DNA of 64,000 bases from Thermoanaerobaculia bacterium (GCA_965214805.1 OZ243982.1:2748088-2812087), one strand, 5' to 3'; counted from the stretch's first letter, positions 19,336 to 29,936 are shown. Notes: generated by a model not told the origin, from the letters alone. A program made the numbers and translations.

Positions 19336-20709
19336 TCAAGGTCCGGCTGCCCGGGACGGAGGCGTTCCGCCCGGTGCGTCGGCCGCGTTCACCACTCGGA
19401 CCGGAGCGCCGTTGCCCAGCTGCCTGTGGCCCATGGTCAGCACGAGCTCGCCGGCCGCCAGGTTGCCGTCGACGGCGCTGAACTCGCCCGAACGGCCGGC
19501 GACAGTGACCGGCCGCCACTCGGCCCGGCCTCCGGCGGGCACCAGAACCCCCACCGAGCGGGCGCCGTCCATCGCCACCCGCTCCAGCAGGGCGGCGCCG
19601 GGCACGATCAGCGCGTCGTCGAGGTCGCGCAAGCTGACGGAGACGTCGGCGTACATGCCGGGCAGGAGCAGGTCGTCGGTTCCGGTCAGCTCGCCTTCGA
19701 CGAGCACGGTGCGATCGTTGCGCCGCACCTCGCCGGCGACCCGGCGCACCGTGCCGGAGAAGATCTGCTCGCCCGTGGCCTCGGTCGAGACGTCAAACGC
19801 GGCGCCGGCCCGGACGGCAGCCAGATCGCGCTCGGGCACGCGGAACTGAACCATCAGTGGAGCTTCCTCGACCAGCCGCAGCACGGGCGTGCCGGGTTGC
19901 ACCAGGGCGCCTCGGTCGAGATAGCGGTCGGCGACGACGGCATCGAACGGGGCCCGGACCCGGGTGTTCGCGAGCGCCTCCGCGAGTTGGGCCTCGCGGG
20001 CCGCGGACTGCCGCACCTGGGCTTCGGAGGCAGCCAGGGCCGCCCTGGCCGTGGCGTACCGGGACGTGACCTGCTGCTGCTCCTGCTCCGACAGCAGGCT
20101 CTGGCCGTAGAGCTCCATCGACCGTCGGTAGTCCGCCTCGACACCGATCAGTTCGGCCGCCGCCTTGTCGCGGTTTGCTTCGGCGACGCCGAGCTGGCCG
20201 CGGGCCTCCTGGAGCTGGTTCCTGATGTCGATGTCCTCGATCACGGCGAGAACGGCGCCGGCCGCCACCCGCTGTCCGATCCGTGCCGGCACGTCGACCA
20301 GCAGTCCCGAGACCTGGGGCGCGATGTCGGCGACCTCGCCGACCAGTTCGCCGGAGTAGGCCGTGCGAACGGAGAGGTGTCCCCGGCGGGCTGCCTCGGC
20401 GCGTACCGGGACGGATTGGGCCAGCAGGGCGTCGGCGCCCGAGGCGGCGGCTTCGGACTGCGTCGAACGGCCGGAGGCGATGACGGCCGCGGCGGCCAGC
20501 AGCACCACTCCGACCGCTCCGACGGCGATCCATCGGCCGTTGATCCGTCGCGGCGGTCTGCCGGCGGGTCGGGAACCGGCAGGCGCTCGGCGCTCGGCGC
20601 CGCGAGCGTGCTTCGGCCGACCGGGCGCGCCGGCCGTCGGGGCAGCGGTTGCTCGGGAGCGGGGCGGTACGGGACCGGCGCCGGCCCCTCCGGACTGGAC
20701 TATCGCCAT
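19336..20709 (-). CDS. RND membrane fusion protein (periplasmic adaptor subunit, HlyD family).
   Basis: ORF 19336..20709. N-terminal TM (WIAVGAVGVVLLAAAAVIA), a coiled-coil region (QLQEARGQLGVAEANRDKAAAEL...) and a beta-barrel C-terminal domain. Confidence 0.8.
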   Translation of the reverse strand: MAIVQSGGAGAGPVPPRSRATAAPTAGAPGRPKHARGAERRAPAGSRPAGRPPRRINGRWIAVGAVGVVLLAAAAVIASGRSTQSEAAASGADALLAQSVPVRAEAARRGHLSVRTAYSGELVGEVADIAPQVSGLLVDVPARIGQRVAAGAVLAVIEDIDIRNQLQEARGQLGVAEANRDKAAAELIGVEADYRRSMELYGQSLLSEQEQQQVTSRYATARAALAASEAQVRQSAAREAQLAEALANTRVRAPFDAVVADRYLDRGALVQPGTPVLRLVEEAPLMVQFRVPERDLAAVRAGAAFDVSTEATGEQIFSGTVRRVAGEVRRNDRTVLVEGELTGTDDLLLPGMYADVSVSLRDLDDALIVPGAALLERVAMDGARSVGVLVPAGGRAEWRPVTVAGRSGEFSAVDGNLAAGELVLTMGHRQLGNGAPVRVVNAADAPGGTPPSRAAGP

Positions 20710-20786
20710 GGTTGGGGTTCTCCCGGGTTGTTCCGTGCCGCCTGTTTCGTGCTGCGCCGCATGCTTCGTGCTGCCGCTCGGATCGT

Positions 20787-21332
20787 CTACGGGGCGCCGG
20801 GCCGGAAGTTGCCGCCGCCTTCGCCCAGCGCGGCGAGCACGGAGCCGAGGCTGTCGGCGAGGGCGGAGTAGAAGCGGATGAACCTGTCCAGACGGTCAAC
20901 GACGACGTTGCCGCCGTCGGCGCAGGAAAGGAGCGTCTGCTTCATTTCCTGGGCCATGGCCTGCCGGTCGCGAAAGCGATCCGCGATCCGCTGCAGGAGG
21001 CCGGGATGCTCGTTGATCCGGAAGTAGTCGCGGCGGTCGCCCGGGCGGGTCACCCGTTCGATGACGCCCATGTTCTCGAGCAGGCGGGTGTTCGTGCTGA
21101 TGCTGCCGCGGCTGACGCCCAAGCGCTCGGCCAGATGGTCGAAGCGAAGGGGCTGCGGCGACAGGATGAGCAGGCCGACCAGCCGGCCCGCGATGCGTGG
21201 CAGGCGGTCCTCTTCGAGTGCCAGCCCCATGCCCTCGATGAAGCGCACCTCGGCGGCGTGAAGGGCGAACTCGGCCGCGCCGGCGGGCCGGGCGGCTCGA
21301 TCCGGAATGGAGATCGGTTCGGATGCGGTCAT
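20787..21332 (-). CDS. MarR-family transcriptional regulator, first gene of the efflux operon.
   Basis: ORF 20787..21332 with a wHTH core (LSPQPLRFDHLAERLGVSRGSISTNTRLLENMGVIERVTRPGDRRDYFRI). Confidence 0.75.
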   Translation of the reverse strand: MTASEPISIPDRAARPAGAAEFALHAAEVRFIEGMGLALEEDRLPRIAGRLVGLLILSPQPLRFDHLAERLGVSRGSISTNTRLLENMGVIERVTRPGDRRDYFRINEHPGLLQRIADRFRDRQAMAQEMKQTLLSCADGGNVVVDRLDRFIRFYSALADSLGSVLAALGEGGGNFRPGAP

Positions 21333-21490
21333 TGGTCAGAGATGATGGAACATCCGATTTGTTCTGTCAAGACTGAACAAGATGAACGGCATGAACGGAC
21401 GCCTTGCCGACGATGACTCCCGCCCGTGATGGCCGACCTGCCCGCCCGGCCGCGGCAACGGGGGGCGGAGGAGGTCGCTTTCAGCGACTC

Positions 21491-22378
21491 TCAGAGACTT
21501 GCGTGGCCGGCTACCAGTGCGGCCCAGATCAATGGCAGAACGATCAGGGAACCGACGAAGAGTGTTCGGGCTCGAGCGTCAGTGCGCTGGCCGGCAAAGC
21601 GGACGGCGAGTACGGCGAAGGCGGCGCTGACGCCGGCGGCTGCGACTGCGAAGGCCGGCGGGGCCAGACCGACGGCGGCGGCAAGCAGGCTCGCGCCGAT
21701 GAGGACGAGGGTCCAGAGGAGGGACTCTGCCGCGGTGCGGCGGCCGTCCGGGTCGACGACCGCCAGGACCTTGAAGCCGGCGCGGGCATAGTCGTCCCGG
21801 TAGAGCCAGGCCAGGGAGTGGAAGTGGGGCATCTGCCAGGCGAAGACGATGGCGAACAGCACCCAGGCCTCGACGGTCAGGGCGCCGCGGGCCGCGGCCC
21901 ACCCGATCACCGGCGGCAGTGCGCCCGGTACGGCGCCCACCAGGACTGCCCAGGCGGTGCGGCGCTTCATCGGGGTGTAGATCCAGGCGTAGATCACCAG
22001 GGTCAGAAGCGCGACTCCCATCGCGGCCAGGTTGACTCCGAACGCAAGCAGGGCCAGACCCGCCGCGCTCAGGATGGCGGCGAAGAGCAGGCCTGCCGCC
22101 GGTGTGATGCCGCCGCGCGGCAGCGGACGGGACCGGGTACGCGCCATCAGGGCGTCCAGATCGCGTTCCGCCACCTGGTTGAATGCGGCCCCGCCCCCCG
22201 CGACGAGCGCGGCGCCCGCAAGCACAAGGAGCAGCGCGACGAGGTCGAACTCCGGCGCCCCGAGGTAGTAGCCGATGCCGACTGTGGCCACGGCCAGCGC
22301 ATTGAGCCTGGGCTTGACCAGCGCCAGCAGGATGGAACCGCGTCCTGGACGCGCAGCCGCGGCAGCCGGAAGTGTCAT
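21491..22378 (-). CDS. ctaB: Protoheme IX farnesyltransferase (heme O synthase).
   Basis: Internal start MTLPAAAAARPGRGSILLALVKPRLNALAV.... UbiA-family motifs (YDRDLDALMARTRSRPLP, multiple TM). Starts ATGA-overlapping the ctaA stop. Confidence 0.85.
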   Translation of the reverse strand: MTLPAAAAARPGRGSILLALVKPRLNALAVATVGIGYYLGAPEFDLVALLLVLAGAALVAGGGAAFNQVAERDLDALMARTRSRPLPRGGITPAAGLLFAAILSAAGLALLAFGVNLAAMGVALLTLVIYAWIYTPMKRRTAWAVLVGAVPGALPPVIGWAAARGALTVEAWVLFAIVFAWQMPHFHSLAWLYRDDYARAGFKVLAVVDPDGRRTAAESLLWTLVLIGASLLAAAVGLAPPAFAVAAAGVSAAFAVLAVRFAGQRTDARARTLFVGSLIVLPLIWAALVAGHASL

Positions 22379-23352
22379 GCTCCTGCCCGCCGGGGCGCGC
22401 CGCCGGCGCTGGCCGCGGAGTCGGCGGCCCGGATCGACTGCTCGCCGCCGAACCGGGCGCGGTGGACACGAAGGGCCAGGGCGACGGAGACGACCCACAC
22501 GAGAGCGCCGACGGCCACGTGCGCCGTGTTGACGTGGGGCTGCAGACCGCTCCAGACGGTCCATGCGCCGAGGCCGATCTGAATCGACAGGACGGCGCCC
22601 AGAAGCACCGCGGGGCGGGCGAGCTCGGGCCGGTCCCGGTGAAGGCGGAACACCCGGACGATCAGTGCGGCAGCGACCGCAACAACGGCTGCCGCGCCCA
22701 GTCGATGCGCCAGGTGGAGACCGATGCCGAGACTCCACTCGGGCGGCAGGAGTCGTCCGAAGGCGAGCGGGAAGTCCGGAATCGCGAGTCCCGCGTCGTT
22801 GTGGCGCATGGTGGCGCCGAGCAGGATCTGCCCGTAGACGCAGGCCGGAACGATCAAGGCGAGACGCCCCAGAACCTGATCGTCCAGCGGCTCGGTCCGC
22901 CCGTAGCGGGTTCGCCAGCCCGGCGACGTGAACACGCCCAGGCTGACGACCAGGGCGAAGAAGACCTGCGCCAGCCCGGCATGGCTGATCGAGATCGGTC
23001 TGGGCAGCAGGTAGATCACCGTGATGCCGCCGAGCAGACCCTGTGCGACGACAGCGGCCAGCGCGCCCCAGGCGAGGCGGCGCACCCAGGCGCGGCTCTC
23101 GACGCGGGCCGCCCAGACCGCCAGACCGATCGTGAGCAGGCCGACCACGCTGGCGATCAGCCGGTGCCCGTGCTCGTAGAGGATGCCGCCCACCATCTTC
23201 GAGAACGGGAAGGAGAACATGAAATGGCCGTACGTGTTCGGCCAGTCGGGGACCGCCAGCCCCGAGTCCGTGCTGGTGACCAGACCGCCCGCCGCGATCA
23301 GCAGCAGGGACGCCGCGGCCAGCAGCCGAAGGTAGTGATGCAGCCAGCGCAC
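22375..23352 (-). CDS. ctaA: Heme A synthase (CtaA/COX15 family).
   Basis: ORF 22375..23352. A polytopic membrane protein with conserved His residues in the TM helices (HRLIASVVG, HLAHRLGAA). Confidence 0.8.
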   Translation of the reverse strand: MRWLHHYLRLLAAASLLLIAAGGLVTSTDSGLAVPDWPNTYGHFMFSFPFSKMVGGILYEHGHRLIASVVGLLTIGLAVWAARVESRAWVRRLAWGALAAVVAQGLLGGITVIYLLPRPISISHAGLAQVFFALVVSLGVFTSPGWRTRYGRTEPLDDQVLGRLALIVPACVYGQILLGATMRHNDAGLAIPDFPLAFGRLLPPEWSLGIGLHLAHRLGAAAVVAVAAALIVRVFRLHRDRPELARPAVLLGAVLSIQIGLGAWTVWSGLQPHVNTAHVAVGALVWVVSVALALRVHRARFGGEQSIRAADSAASAGGAPRRAGA

Positions 23353-23588
23353 GACCGGCGCACTCTACATTCCGCGCTGCCGCATTCCGGACCGCGGCGC
23401 CCGCCGGTTCGCGGACTGGGCCTTCTGCCTCGAGCAGCCGGTCCCGGGATGCCGGCTCGAGTACGAGGACGTGACCTTCGCTGGCGTCCTGACGTCAGGC
23501 AGAGTGGTCATCGCGCATCTGACGTCAGACGTGAAGTCGGCCGCCCGGCTCCGCTGCGGGGGCTGCGGGTCGAGGACGCGGTGGATCC

Positions 23589-24269
23589 TCATCGCCAGGC
23601 GAACACCGGCTGCTCGTAGTGGGCGACGCGGACGTCGTTGCCGCGGAGAACCACCTCGAGCATCTGGTAGACGATCGCCGCCGTCGGCGCATGGACCAGG
23701 CCGCCCCGGATCGGCATCGAGAGCACGGGGTGCTCGCTTTCGGGAATCTCCCGCAGCACCGGCACGTCGGGCCGGTCGAGGTCGATCAGGGGAATGCGGT
23801 AGGCGCGATAGACCTCGTCCGGGTTCGGCCGCAGCTCGCGGTAGTCGTCGCACCAGAACACGACCGGCGTGATGACGAAGCCGGAGCGGGTGCCGAAGTC
23901 GTCGAGCCGGCCCAGCACGGCGCCCGGCAGGAGGTCCAGTCCGACCTCTTCGTGGAGTTCGCGCAAGGCCGCCTGCTCGGGGGTCTCCGCCTCGTCGATC
24001 CGACCGCCGGGGAGCGCCCACTGGCCTCGATGACGACGCAGCCGGAGCGAACGCCGGGTAAGCAGGAAGCACCCGCGCCCGCCCTTGTCCGGCAGCAGCG
24101 TCACCGCCACCGCCGCGTGGGCGTTGGCCGGAGCGGCGCCGGTACGTCCGGACGCCTCCGCGGCCCTTGCCGCCGCGGCCTCCGGATCGAGCTCGCGCGG
24201 CTCGAAGCGCTCGAGGTTCCGCGCCGCCCGAGCCTGGAGGTCCGGGCCGTGCCGCGCCGGAAAGCTCAC
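23589..24269 (-). CDS. NUDIX hydrolase (CoA pyrophosphatase-like).
   Basis: ORF 23589..24269. Nudix box GGRIDEAETPEQAALRELHEEVGL. Confidence 0.75.
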   Translation of the reverse strand: MSFPARHGPDLQARAARNLERFEPRELDPEAAAARAAEASGRTGAAPANAHAAVAVTLLPDKGGRGCFLLTRRSLRLRRHRGQWALPGGRIDEAETPEQAALRELHEEVGLDLLPGAVLGRLDDFGTRSGFVITPVVFWCDDYRELRPNPDEVYRAYRIPLIDLDRPDVPVLREIPESEHPVLSMPIRGGLVHAPTAAIVYQMLEVVLRGNDVRVAHYEQPVFAWR

Positions 24270-24300
24270 CCGGGAGACGCGGCCGCGGACTCCCGGACGG

Positions 24301-25347
24301 TCACGGCGCCTCCTCGCGGATCAGTTCGACGATCCGGCCCAGGACGTCCAGCCGTTTCGCCGCCGTGCTCCCGGCAGGGTTCAGGCGCAGCGTGGTCACG
24401 CCGGCGTCCCGATAGGCGCGGATGCGGTTGCGAATCCGGGCCTCGTCGCCGATCAGGTGGTTGCCGAGCACCATCTCGTCGGGCACCCGCGCCGCGGCCT
24501 CCTCTCGCTTGCGCGCGATCCACAGCGCCTGCACTTCCCGGGCCGCCTCGCTGAACCCGGCGCGCCGATACGCGTCGTTGTAGAAGTTGGTCTTTGCTGA
24601 ACCCATCGCGCCCAGGGTGAAGGCCATGGACGGCTTGCGCCGGGCGGCCATCCGCTCCAGGTCGTCGCCGAACTCGACGTCGCCGCCGACCTGGATGTCC
24701 AGGTCGGCAAGACTGCGGCCGGCGCGCTCGGCGCCGGCGCGCAGCGCGGGAAAGAAGGCCTCCCCGTGTTCCGGGATGAAGGACGTGCCCAGCCAGCCGT
24801 CGGCCGCCTCGCCGGTGAACTCGAGCGACTTCGGCCCGAGCGTGGCGAGGTAGATCGGCAGTTCAGGCCGCGGAGGCTGCGACATGCGAATCGCCTTGCC
24901 CTCGCCGCCCGGGCGCGGCAGCGTGTAGTGCTCGCCGTCGTAGACGATCTTCTCGCCGGAGAGAGCGATCTTCAGGATGTCGACGTACTCCCGGAGTCGG
25001 CCGAGGGGCTTCGCGAAGGCCGTGCCGTGCAACCCCTCGACCACCTGAGGGCCGCTGACGCCGAGACCGAGGACGAACCGGTCCTTCGACATCGAGGCCA
25101 GGGACATGGCGGTCATCGCGGTCATCGACGGCGCCCTCGCCGAGATCTGCATGATGCCGGTGCCGAGGCGAACTCGCTCCGTGCGTGCGGCGAGGTAGGC
25201 GAGCGGGGTCACCGCATCGGTGCCCCAGGCCTCGGCCGACCAGACGTCGTCCACGCCCAGACGGTCCGCTTCGACGACGTACTCCGCAAGCGCCTGCCAG
25301 TCCGTTCCGGAAGCGTAGGCGCTCCCTATGCCGATCGCGGTCCGCAT
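24301..25347 (-). CDS. LLM-class (luciferase-like) F420/flavin-dependent oxidoreductase.
   Basis: ORF 24301..25347. TIM-barrel LLM signature (IGIGSAY...LGVDDVWSAEAWGTDAVTPLAYLAARTERVRLGTGIMQI). Confidence 0.8.
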   Translation of the reverse strand: MRTAIGIGSAYASGTDWQALAEYVVEADRLGVDDVWSAEAWGTDAVTPLAYLAARTERVRLGTGIMQISARAPSMTAMTAMSLASMSKDRFVLGLGVSGPQVVEGLHGTAFAKPLGRLREYVDILKIALSGEKIVYDGEHYTLPRPGGEGKAIRMSQPPRPELPIYLATLGPKSLEFTGEAADGWLGTSFIPEHGEAFFPALRAGAERAGRSLADLDIQVGGDVEFGDDLERMAARRKPSMAFTLGAMGSAKTNFYNDAYRRAGFSEAAREVQALWIARKREEAAARVPDEMVLGNHLIGDEARIRNRIRAYRDAGVTTLRLNPAGSTAAKRLDVLGRIVELIREEAP

Positions 25348-25419
25348 CGTGCCGGTCTCCTTCGGGCCAGTGTGGAAAGAGGTGCGGGGTCGGGTGGCGG
25401 AATCAGGTGCGGGAAGGGT

Positions 25420-25953
25420 CTACTGAACGGCCGTCGCGCGGACGTAGTAGTTCCTGCGGACGTCGGGCCGCTCGCTCGAGGCGGCGCGACCGACGATGGT
25501 CTGGACCAGGTCCTTGCCGTCCTTCGAGATCTGCCAGGTTTCCTCCACGTCCACCTCGAAGGGGAACGTGATCGTGTAGGAAACGGTCAGTTTCTTCTTT
25601 CGCCACCTGGCCCGGACCTCCTGCAGGTTGCCGCTGCGGAGGTTCGGCGCGGGATTGGGTCTGTTGTTCGTGACGTAGTTGACCCTGAGCGTGTGCGGTG
25701 CGGGCCAGTCGCTGCGGCGACTGGTCTGGATCAGCACGACGTCCTCGCCTTCCAGGCTGATCCCGATCTCGACGTCGGGCGGGTTCGCCGGTCGCCGGTC
25801 GTGGCGGTGCGGCCAGTCGGCGTCGCTGCGCGTGTGGTCCTTCTGCCAGATGCCGGCGATCCGCTCGTCCTGGGCGGCGGCCGGCGCCGCCATGACCAGG
25901 GCGCCGCCGAGGAAGGCGGCAAGGACGGCAATCGCTGGCCCGGTCCGGTGCAT
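25420..25953 (-). CDS. Secreted hypothetical protein.
   Basis: Internal start MHRTGPAIAVLAAFLGGALVMAAPAAAQ (signal peptide) at 25953. The first 80 aa of the track ORF are Arg-rich. Confidence 0.5.
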   Translation of the reverse strand: MHRTGPAIAVLAAFLGGALVMAAPAAAQDERIAGIWQKDHTRSDADWPHRHDRRPANPPDVEIGISLEGEDVVLIQTSRRSDWPAPHTLRVNYVTNNRPNPAPNLRSGNLQEVRARWRKKKLTVSYTITFPFEVDVEETWQISKDGKDLVQTIVGRAASSERPDVRRNYYVRATAVQ

Positions 25954-26062
25954 GGGCGCCCCCCTGTGGTCGCCGCTGTTCGTGATGCTGTCGTTCATGA
26001 CGTTGTCCTTTGTCGGCTTGACGATGGGACCCCGGCCGAGCCCCGCCCCGAGCCCCGCCATT

Positions 26063-27037
26063 CTAGCTGCTGGCCTTGCGGCTCCTTCCGGGCTGCGTTT
26101 CGAGCAGTTTCGCGAAATAGCCGATCGTCTTCTCCAGCCCCGCCTCGAGGTCGATCCGCGGCTTCCAGTCGAGCAGGCGCTCGGCGCGGCCAATGTCGGG
26201 TTGGCGGGTCTTGGGGTCGTCGACCGGCAGCGGCTGGAACTTGAGCTCGCTGGCGCTCCCGGTCAGGCGCAGGATGACCTGGGCGAACTGCAGCACGGTC
26301 ATCTCGTTCGGGTTGCCGAGGTTGACCGGCTCGGTCTCGGACGAGTTGAGCAGGCGCCAGATGCCCTCGGCGAGATCGTCGATGTAGCAGAAGGAGCGGG
26401 TCTGCCGACCGTCTCCGTACACGGTCAGGGCCTTGCCCGAGAGAGCCTGGCGGATGAAGTTCGGGACCACGCGCCCGTCGCGCAGCCGCATGCGCGGACC
26501 GTAGGTGTTGAAGATGCGGACGATCCGGGTGTCGAGGCCGTGGATTCGATGGTAGGCCATGACCATCGCCTCGGCGAAACGCTTGGCCTCGTCGTAGACC
26601 CCGCGCGGACCGATGGGGTTCACGTTGCCCCAGTACGACTCCGGCTGTGGATGGACCAGCGGGTCGCCGTAGACCTCCGATGTCGAGGCGAGGAGATAGC
26701 GGGCCCCGTGATGCTTGGCCAGGCCCAGCGAGTTGTGGGTGCCGAGCGAACCGACCTTCAGCGTCTGGATGGGCAGTTCCAGGTAGTCGACCGGGCTCGC
26801 CGGCGAGGCGAAGTGGAGGACGTTGTCGACGTGGGGGCCGACGTAGACCGGCATGCTGACGTCGTGCTCGATCAGGGTGAAGCGTTCGTTGCCGAGCAGG
26901 TGCTCGATGTTGGCGGGGCTGCCGGTGATGAAGTTGTCGACGCAGTAGACCTGATGGCCCTCGGCCAGCAGCCGCGAGCACAGGTGCGAGCCGATGAACC
27001 CGGCACCGCCGGTGACGACGGAGAGCGGTTCGCTCAT
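26063..27037 (-). CDS. uxs: UDP-glucuronate decarboxylase (UDP-xylose synthase, an SDR/epimerase-dehydratase).
   Basis: Internal start [19 protein letters not shown] at 27037. YDEAKR catalytic motif. ATGA overlap with the ugd stop. Confidence 0.85.
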   Translation of the reverse strand: MSEPLSVVTGGAGFIGSHLCSRLLAEGHQVYCVDNFITGSPANIEHLLGNERFTLIEHDVSMPVYVGPHVDNVLHFASPASPVDYLELPIQTLKVGSLGTHNSLGLAKHHGARYLLASTSEVYGDPLVHPQPESYWGNVNPIGPRGVYDEAKRFAEAMVMAYHRIHGLDTRIVRIFNTYGPRMRLRDGRVVPNFIRQALSGKALTVYGDGRQTRSFCYIDDLAEGIWRLLNSSETEPVNLGNPNEMTVLQFAQVILRLTGSASELKFQPLPVDDPKTRQPDIGRAERLLDWKPRIDLEAGLEKTIGYFAKLLETQPGRSRKASS

Positions 27038-28428
27038 GAGGCCTTCACTCCGGGAACCCTGATTCCGGGAACCGCGGCGGTCGGACCGATGTCCGGAACG
27101 GCGTCCGGGGCCGCGCGCGGCTCGCCCTTCGGAACCGCGTCGGCGCGTCCGAGCGAGGAGTAGACGAGGCCGGCGGCGGCTACCCGCTCGGGCTCGTACA
27201 GATTCCGCAGATCGACGATCCGCGGCTGGCGCAGCAACTTCCGCAGCCGATCGAACTCGAGGGCGCGGAACTGGTTCCACTCGGTGAGGATGACCAGCAG
27301 GTCGGCGCCGTCGGCGACTTCGTACGGATCGCTGCAGTAGACCGCCTCGGGACGGATCGAGCGGGCGTTGTCCATTGCCGCCGGATCGTGAACACGGACC
27401 GAGGCGCCGCGCGACAGCAGGGTCTCGAGCACGAACATCGCCGGCGACTCGCGGATGTCGTCGGTGTCGGGCTTGAAGGACAACCCGAGCAGCGCCACCG
27501 TCCGGCCCTTCGGATTGCCGAGCGCGGACTCGATCCTGGCGAGCATCCGTTCCTGGATCCGGCGGTTGACCCGCAGGGTGGCCTCGACGATCTCGACGCG
27601 GGCGCCGGCGTCTCGGGCCATCGAGACCATGGCTCGCGTGTCCTTGGGAAAGCAGGAACCGCCGAAGCCCGGTCCGGGGCGCAGGAACAGGGGCCCGATC
27701 CGCCGGTCCAGGCCCATGCCGCGCGCCACCACCTGCACGTCGGCGCCGGTGCGTTCGCACAGTTCCGCGACCTCGTTGATGAAGGAGATGCGGGTGGCGA
27801 GGAAGCTGTTCGAGGCGTACTTGATCATCTCCGCCGTCTCCACGTCGGTGACCACGATCGGTACGCCGCGGGCGCGCAGCGGCGAGTAGATCTCGAGCAT
27901 GAGGTCGGTGGCGCGCTGGTCGCGGCTGCCGATGACCAGGCGGTCCGGGCGCATGAAGTCCTCGATGGCGGAGCCCTCGCGCAGGAACTCCGGGTTGCTG
28001 ACCACGGAAAAGCTGCGGCCGTCGCCGATGATCTGCTCGATCATGCGGCCGGTGCCGACGGGCACCGTGCTCTTGGTGACGATCGCCTTGTAGCTGTTGA
28101 GCCTGCCGCCGATGGCCTGGGCGACTTCGCGCACGTAGCGCAGATCCGAGGAGCCGTCCTCGCGGGGCGGAGTGCCGACGGCGATGAACACCGCTGCGGC
28201 ACTTTCGAGCGCCGACCCCGGTTCGGTCGTGAAGCGCAGCCGTCCGGCCCCCTTGTTCTTGGCGACCAGGGTGGCCAGCCCCGGCTCGTAGATCGGAATC
28301 CTGCCCGCGTGCAACTGGGCGATCTTCGCTTCGTCCTGGTCGACGCAGACGACATCCATGCCGAAGTCGGCCAGGCAGGCGCCCGTGACCAGGCCGACGT
28401 AGCCGGAACCGACGACGCAGATCCTCAC
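27034..28428 (-). CDS. ugd: UDP-glucose 6-dehydrogenase.
   Basis: [20 protein letters not shown] Rossmann start (GTG at 28428). Catalytic GGSCFPKD motif. C-terminal UDP-binding domain. Confidence 0.85.
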   Translation of the reverse strand: MRICVVGSGYVGLVTGACLADFGMDVVCVDQDEAKIAQLHAGRIPIYEPGLATLVAKNKGAGRLRFTTEPGSALESAAAVFIAVGTPPREDGSSDLRYVREVAQAIGGRLNSYKAIVTKSTVPVGTGRMIEQIIGDGRSFSVVSNPEFLREGSAIEDFMRPDRLVIGSRDQRATDLMLEIYSPLRARGVPIVVTDVETAEMIKYASNSFLATRISFINEVAELCERTGADVQVVARGMGLDRRIGPLFLRPGPGFGGSCFPKDTRAMVSMARDAGARVEIVEATLRVNRRIQERMLARIESALGNPKGRTVALLGLSFKPDTDDIRESPAMFVLETLLSRGASVRVHDPAAMDNARSIRPEAVYCSDPYEVADGADLLVILTEWNQFRALEFDRLRKLLRQPRIVDLRNLYEPERVAAAGLVYSSLGRADAVPKGEPRAAPDAVPDIGPTAAVPGIRVPGVKAS

Positions 28429-28433
28429 CTGCG

Positions 28434-28447
28434 CTGTTATATAACAG
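28434..28447. promoter_or_regulatory. Perfect 14-bp AT-rich palindrome CTGTTATATAACAG, 5 nt upstream of the ugd GTG and in the divergent intergenic region with the SEC-C gene.
   Basis: Seen directly: ...cgctgttatataacagtgg.... It is the only AT-rich block for several kb, and no Shine-Dalgarno sequence sits between it and the start codon. Confidence 0.4.
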
Positions 28448-28634
28448 TGGGTCGAAGGCGGGTCGGGCCCGCCTCTTCGCGACAACGCCTCTTCGGGACA
28501 ACTCTTCGGGACGACTTCGGGGCAACCCTGCGGGTCCCCGCTCGCGGTGCGCAGAGGATCGGGGCCGAAGAACAGGGCCGAAGAAACAGGGCGGAAGGGA
28601 CCGGCGGAAGCAACCAGGAAACTCAGGGTGACTC

Positions 28635-28872
28635 GATGAAGCGTGGAAGACGGCTGAGCAACGCGATCGCGACCCGGAAGTCGGTGGTCACTGCGCCCCG
28701 CAGTTTCTCGAAGGTGCAGCGGAACGAGCGGTGTCCGTGCGGCAGCGGCAGGAAGTACAAGGACTGCCACTTCACCGAGGGCGAAGCGTTCCTGCGCAAG
28801 CTCGAACGCCGGCGCTTCAAGGAGCAGCAGAAGGCGGACGGAACGCCCTGGTACGTGCGCTGGCTGACCTGA
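28635..28872 (+). CDS. Small SEC-C-motif (metal-binding) protein.
   Basis: 78-aa ORF ending at 28872, with a [17 protein letters not shown] motif and high GC3 codon usage. Confidence 0.5.
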
Positions 28873-28920
28873 TGCGCCGGCTGGCCTGATGCGCTGGCCG
28901 GCCTGATGGAGAACCTGACT

Positions 28921-29829
28921 TCAGACCGGCGTCGGCTCGGCCCTGGCGTCCACGGCCGCGTCGTGCTCCTGCTTCGCCTTCAGCAGTTGCGGCATGATGA
29001 GGTCGATGTCGCGGTTGTTCCACATGCCTTCCTTGCTGAACTTCCGGATCACCTTGGGCTGCTGCATGATGCCGATCCAGCCGCGCATCACGTCGATGAT
29101 CTGGGCGGTCATGTCCTGACCCGCCTCGGAGGCCAGCCAGGCGCACACGGGGGCGATCTGGTCGGGGCTCTGCTCGGGAGCGTTCTCGTCGACCTGCATG
29201 CCGCGTGAGGCGCGCAGTTCGGCCGTCATTCGCGTCGTGGCGCCGGGAGAGATCGTGTTCACGGTGCACCCGTACTTGGCGAGCTCCAGGGCGAGCACCC
29301 GCGACAGGCCGGCGATGCCCGCCTTGGCGGCGGCATAGTTCGACTGGCCGAAGTTGCCGTAGAGACCGGATACGGACGAGAAGTTGATGATCCGGCAGCC
29401 GGTGCGGTTCGTCTCGCGGATGTACCGCGCGAAGGGCCGGCTGCAGCAGTAGTGGCCCTTCAGGTGGACGTCGAGCACCGCGTCCCAGTCCTCTTCGACC
29501 AGGTTGAAGATCGTCCGGTCGCGGAGAATGCCCGCGTTGTTCACCAGGATGTCGAGGGCGCCGAACTCGTCGATCGCGGTCTGGAAGATGTTCTGCCCGC
29601 CCTGGACGGTGGCGACCGAGTCGTGGTTCGGTACCGCCGAACCGCCGTTGCCGCGGATCTCATCCACGACTTCGTCGGCGATGCGCGAACCGCCGGTTCC
29701 GTCGGTGGCGCCGCCGAGATCGTTGACCACGACGTTCGCGCCTTCAGCGGCGAACCTGATCGCGATGCCCTTGCCGATGCCGCGGCCGGCGCCGGTGACG
29801 ATTGCCGTTCTGCCGTCGAGGATTCCCAT
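28921..29829 (-). CDS. SDR-family (3R)-hydroxyacyl-CoA dehydrogenase of the MFE-2 type.
   Basis: Internal start MGILDGRTAIVTGAGRGIG at 29829. VVVNDLGG, VNNAGILRDR and SGLYGNFGQSNYAAAK motifs, typical of the dehydrogenase domain of multifunctional enzyme type 2. Confidence 0.8.
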   Translation of the reverse strand: MGILDGRTAIVTGAGRGIGKGIAIRFAAEGANVVVNDLGGATDGTGGSRIADEVVDEIRGNGGSAVPNHDSVATVQGGQNIFQTAIDEFGALDILVNNAGILRDRTIFNLVEEDWDAVLDVHLKGHYCCSRPFARYIRETNRTGCRIINFSSVSGLYGNFGQSNYAAAKAGIAGLSRVLALELAKYGCTVNTISPGATTRMTAELRASRGMQVDENAPEQSPDQIAPVCAWLASEAGQDMTAQIIDVMRGWIGIMQQPKVIRKFSKEGMWNNRDIDLIMPQLLKAKQEHDAAVDARAEPTPV

Positions 29830-29936
29830 GTCCTGCTCTCTTTGTCGGTTGATCCTGTGTCGGATTGTTCCTGTGCCAGTCGGTCCCGCGCCGGTTCGTC
29901 CTGCGCCGTTCGTCCTGCAACGGCGGGGCCGGTATC

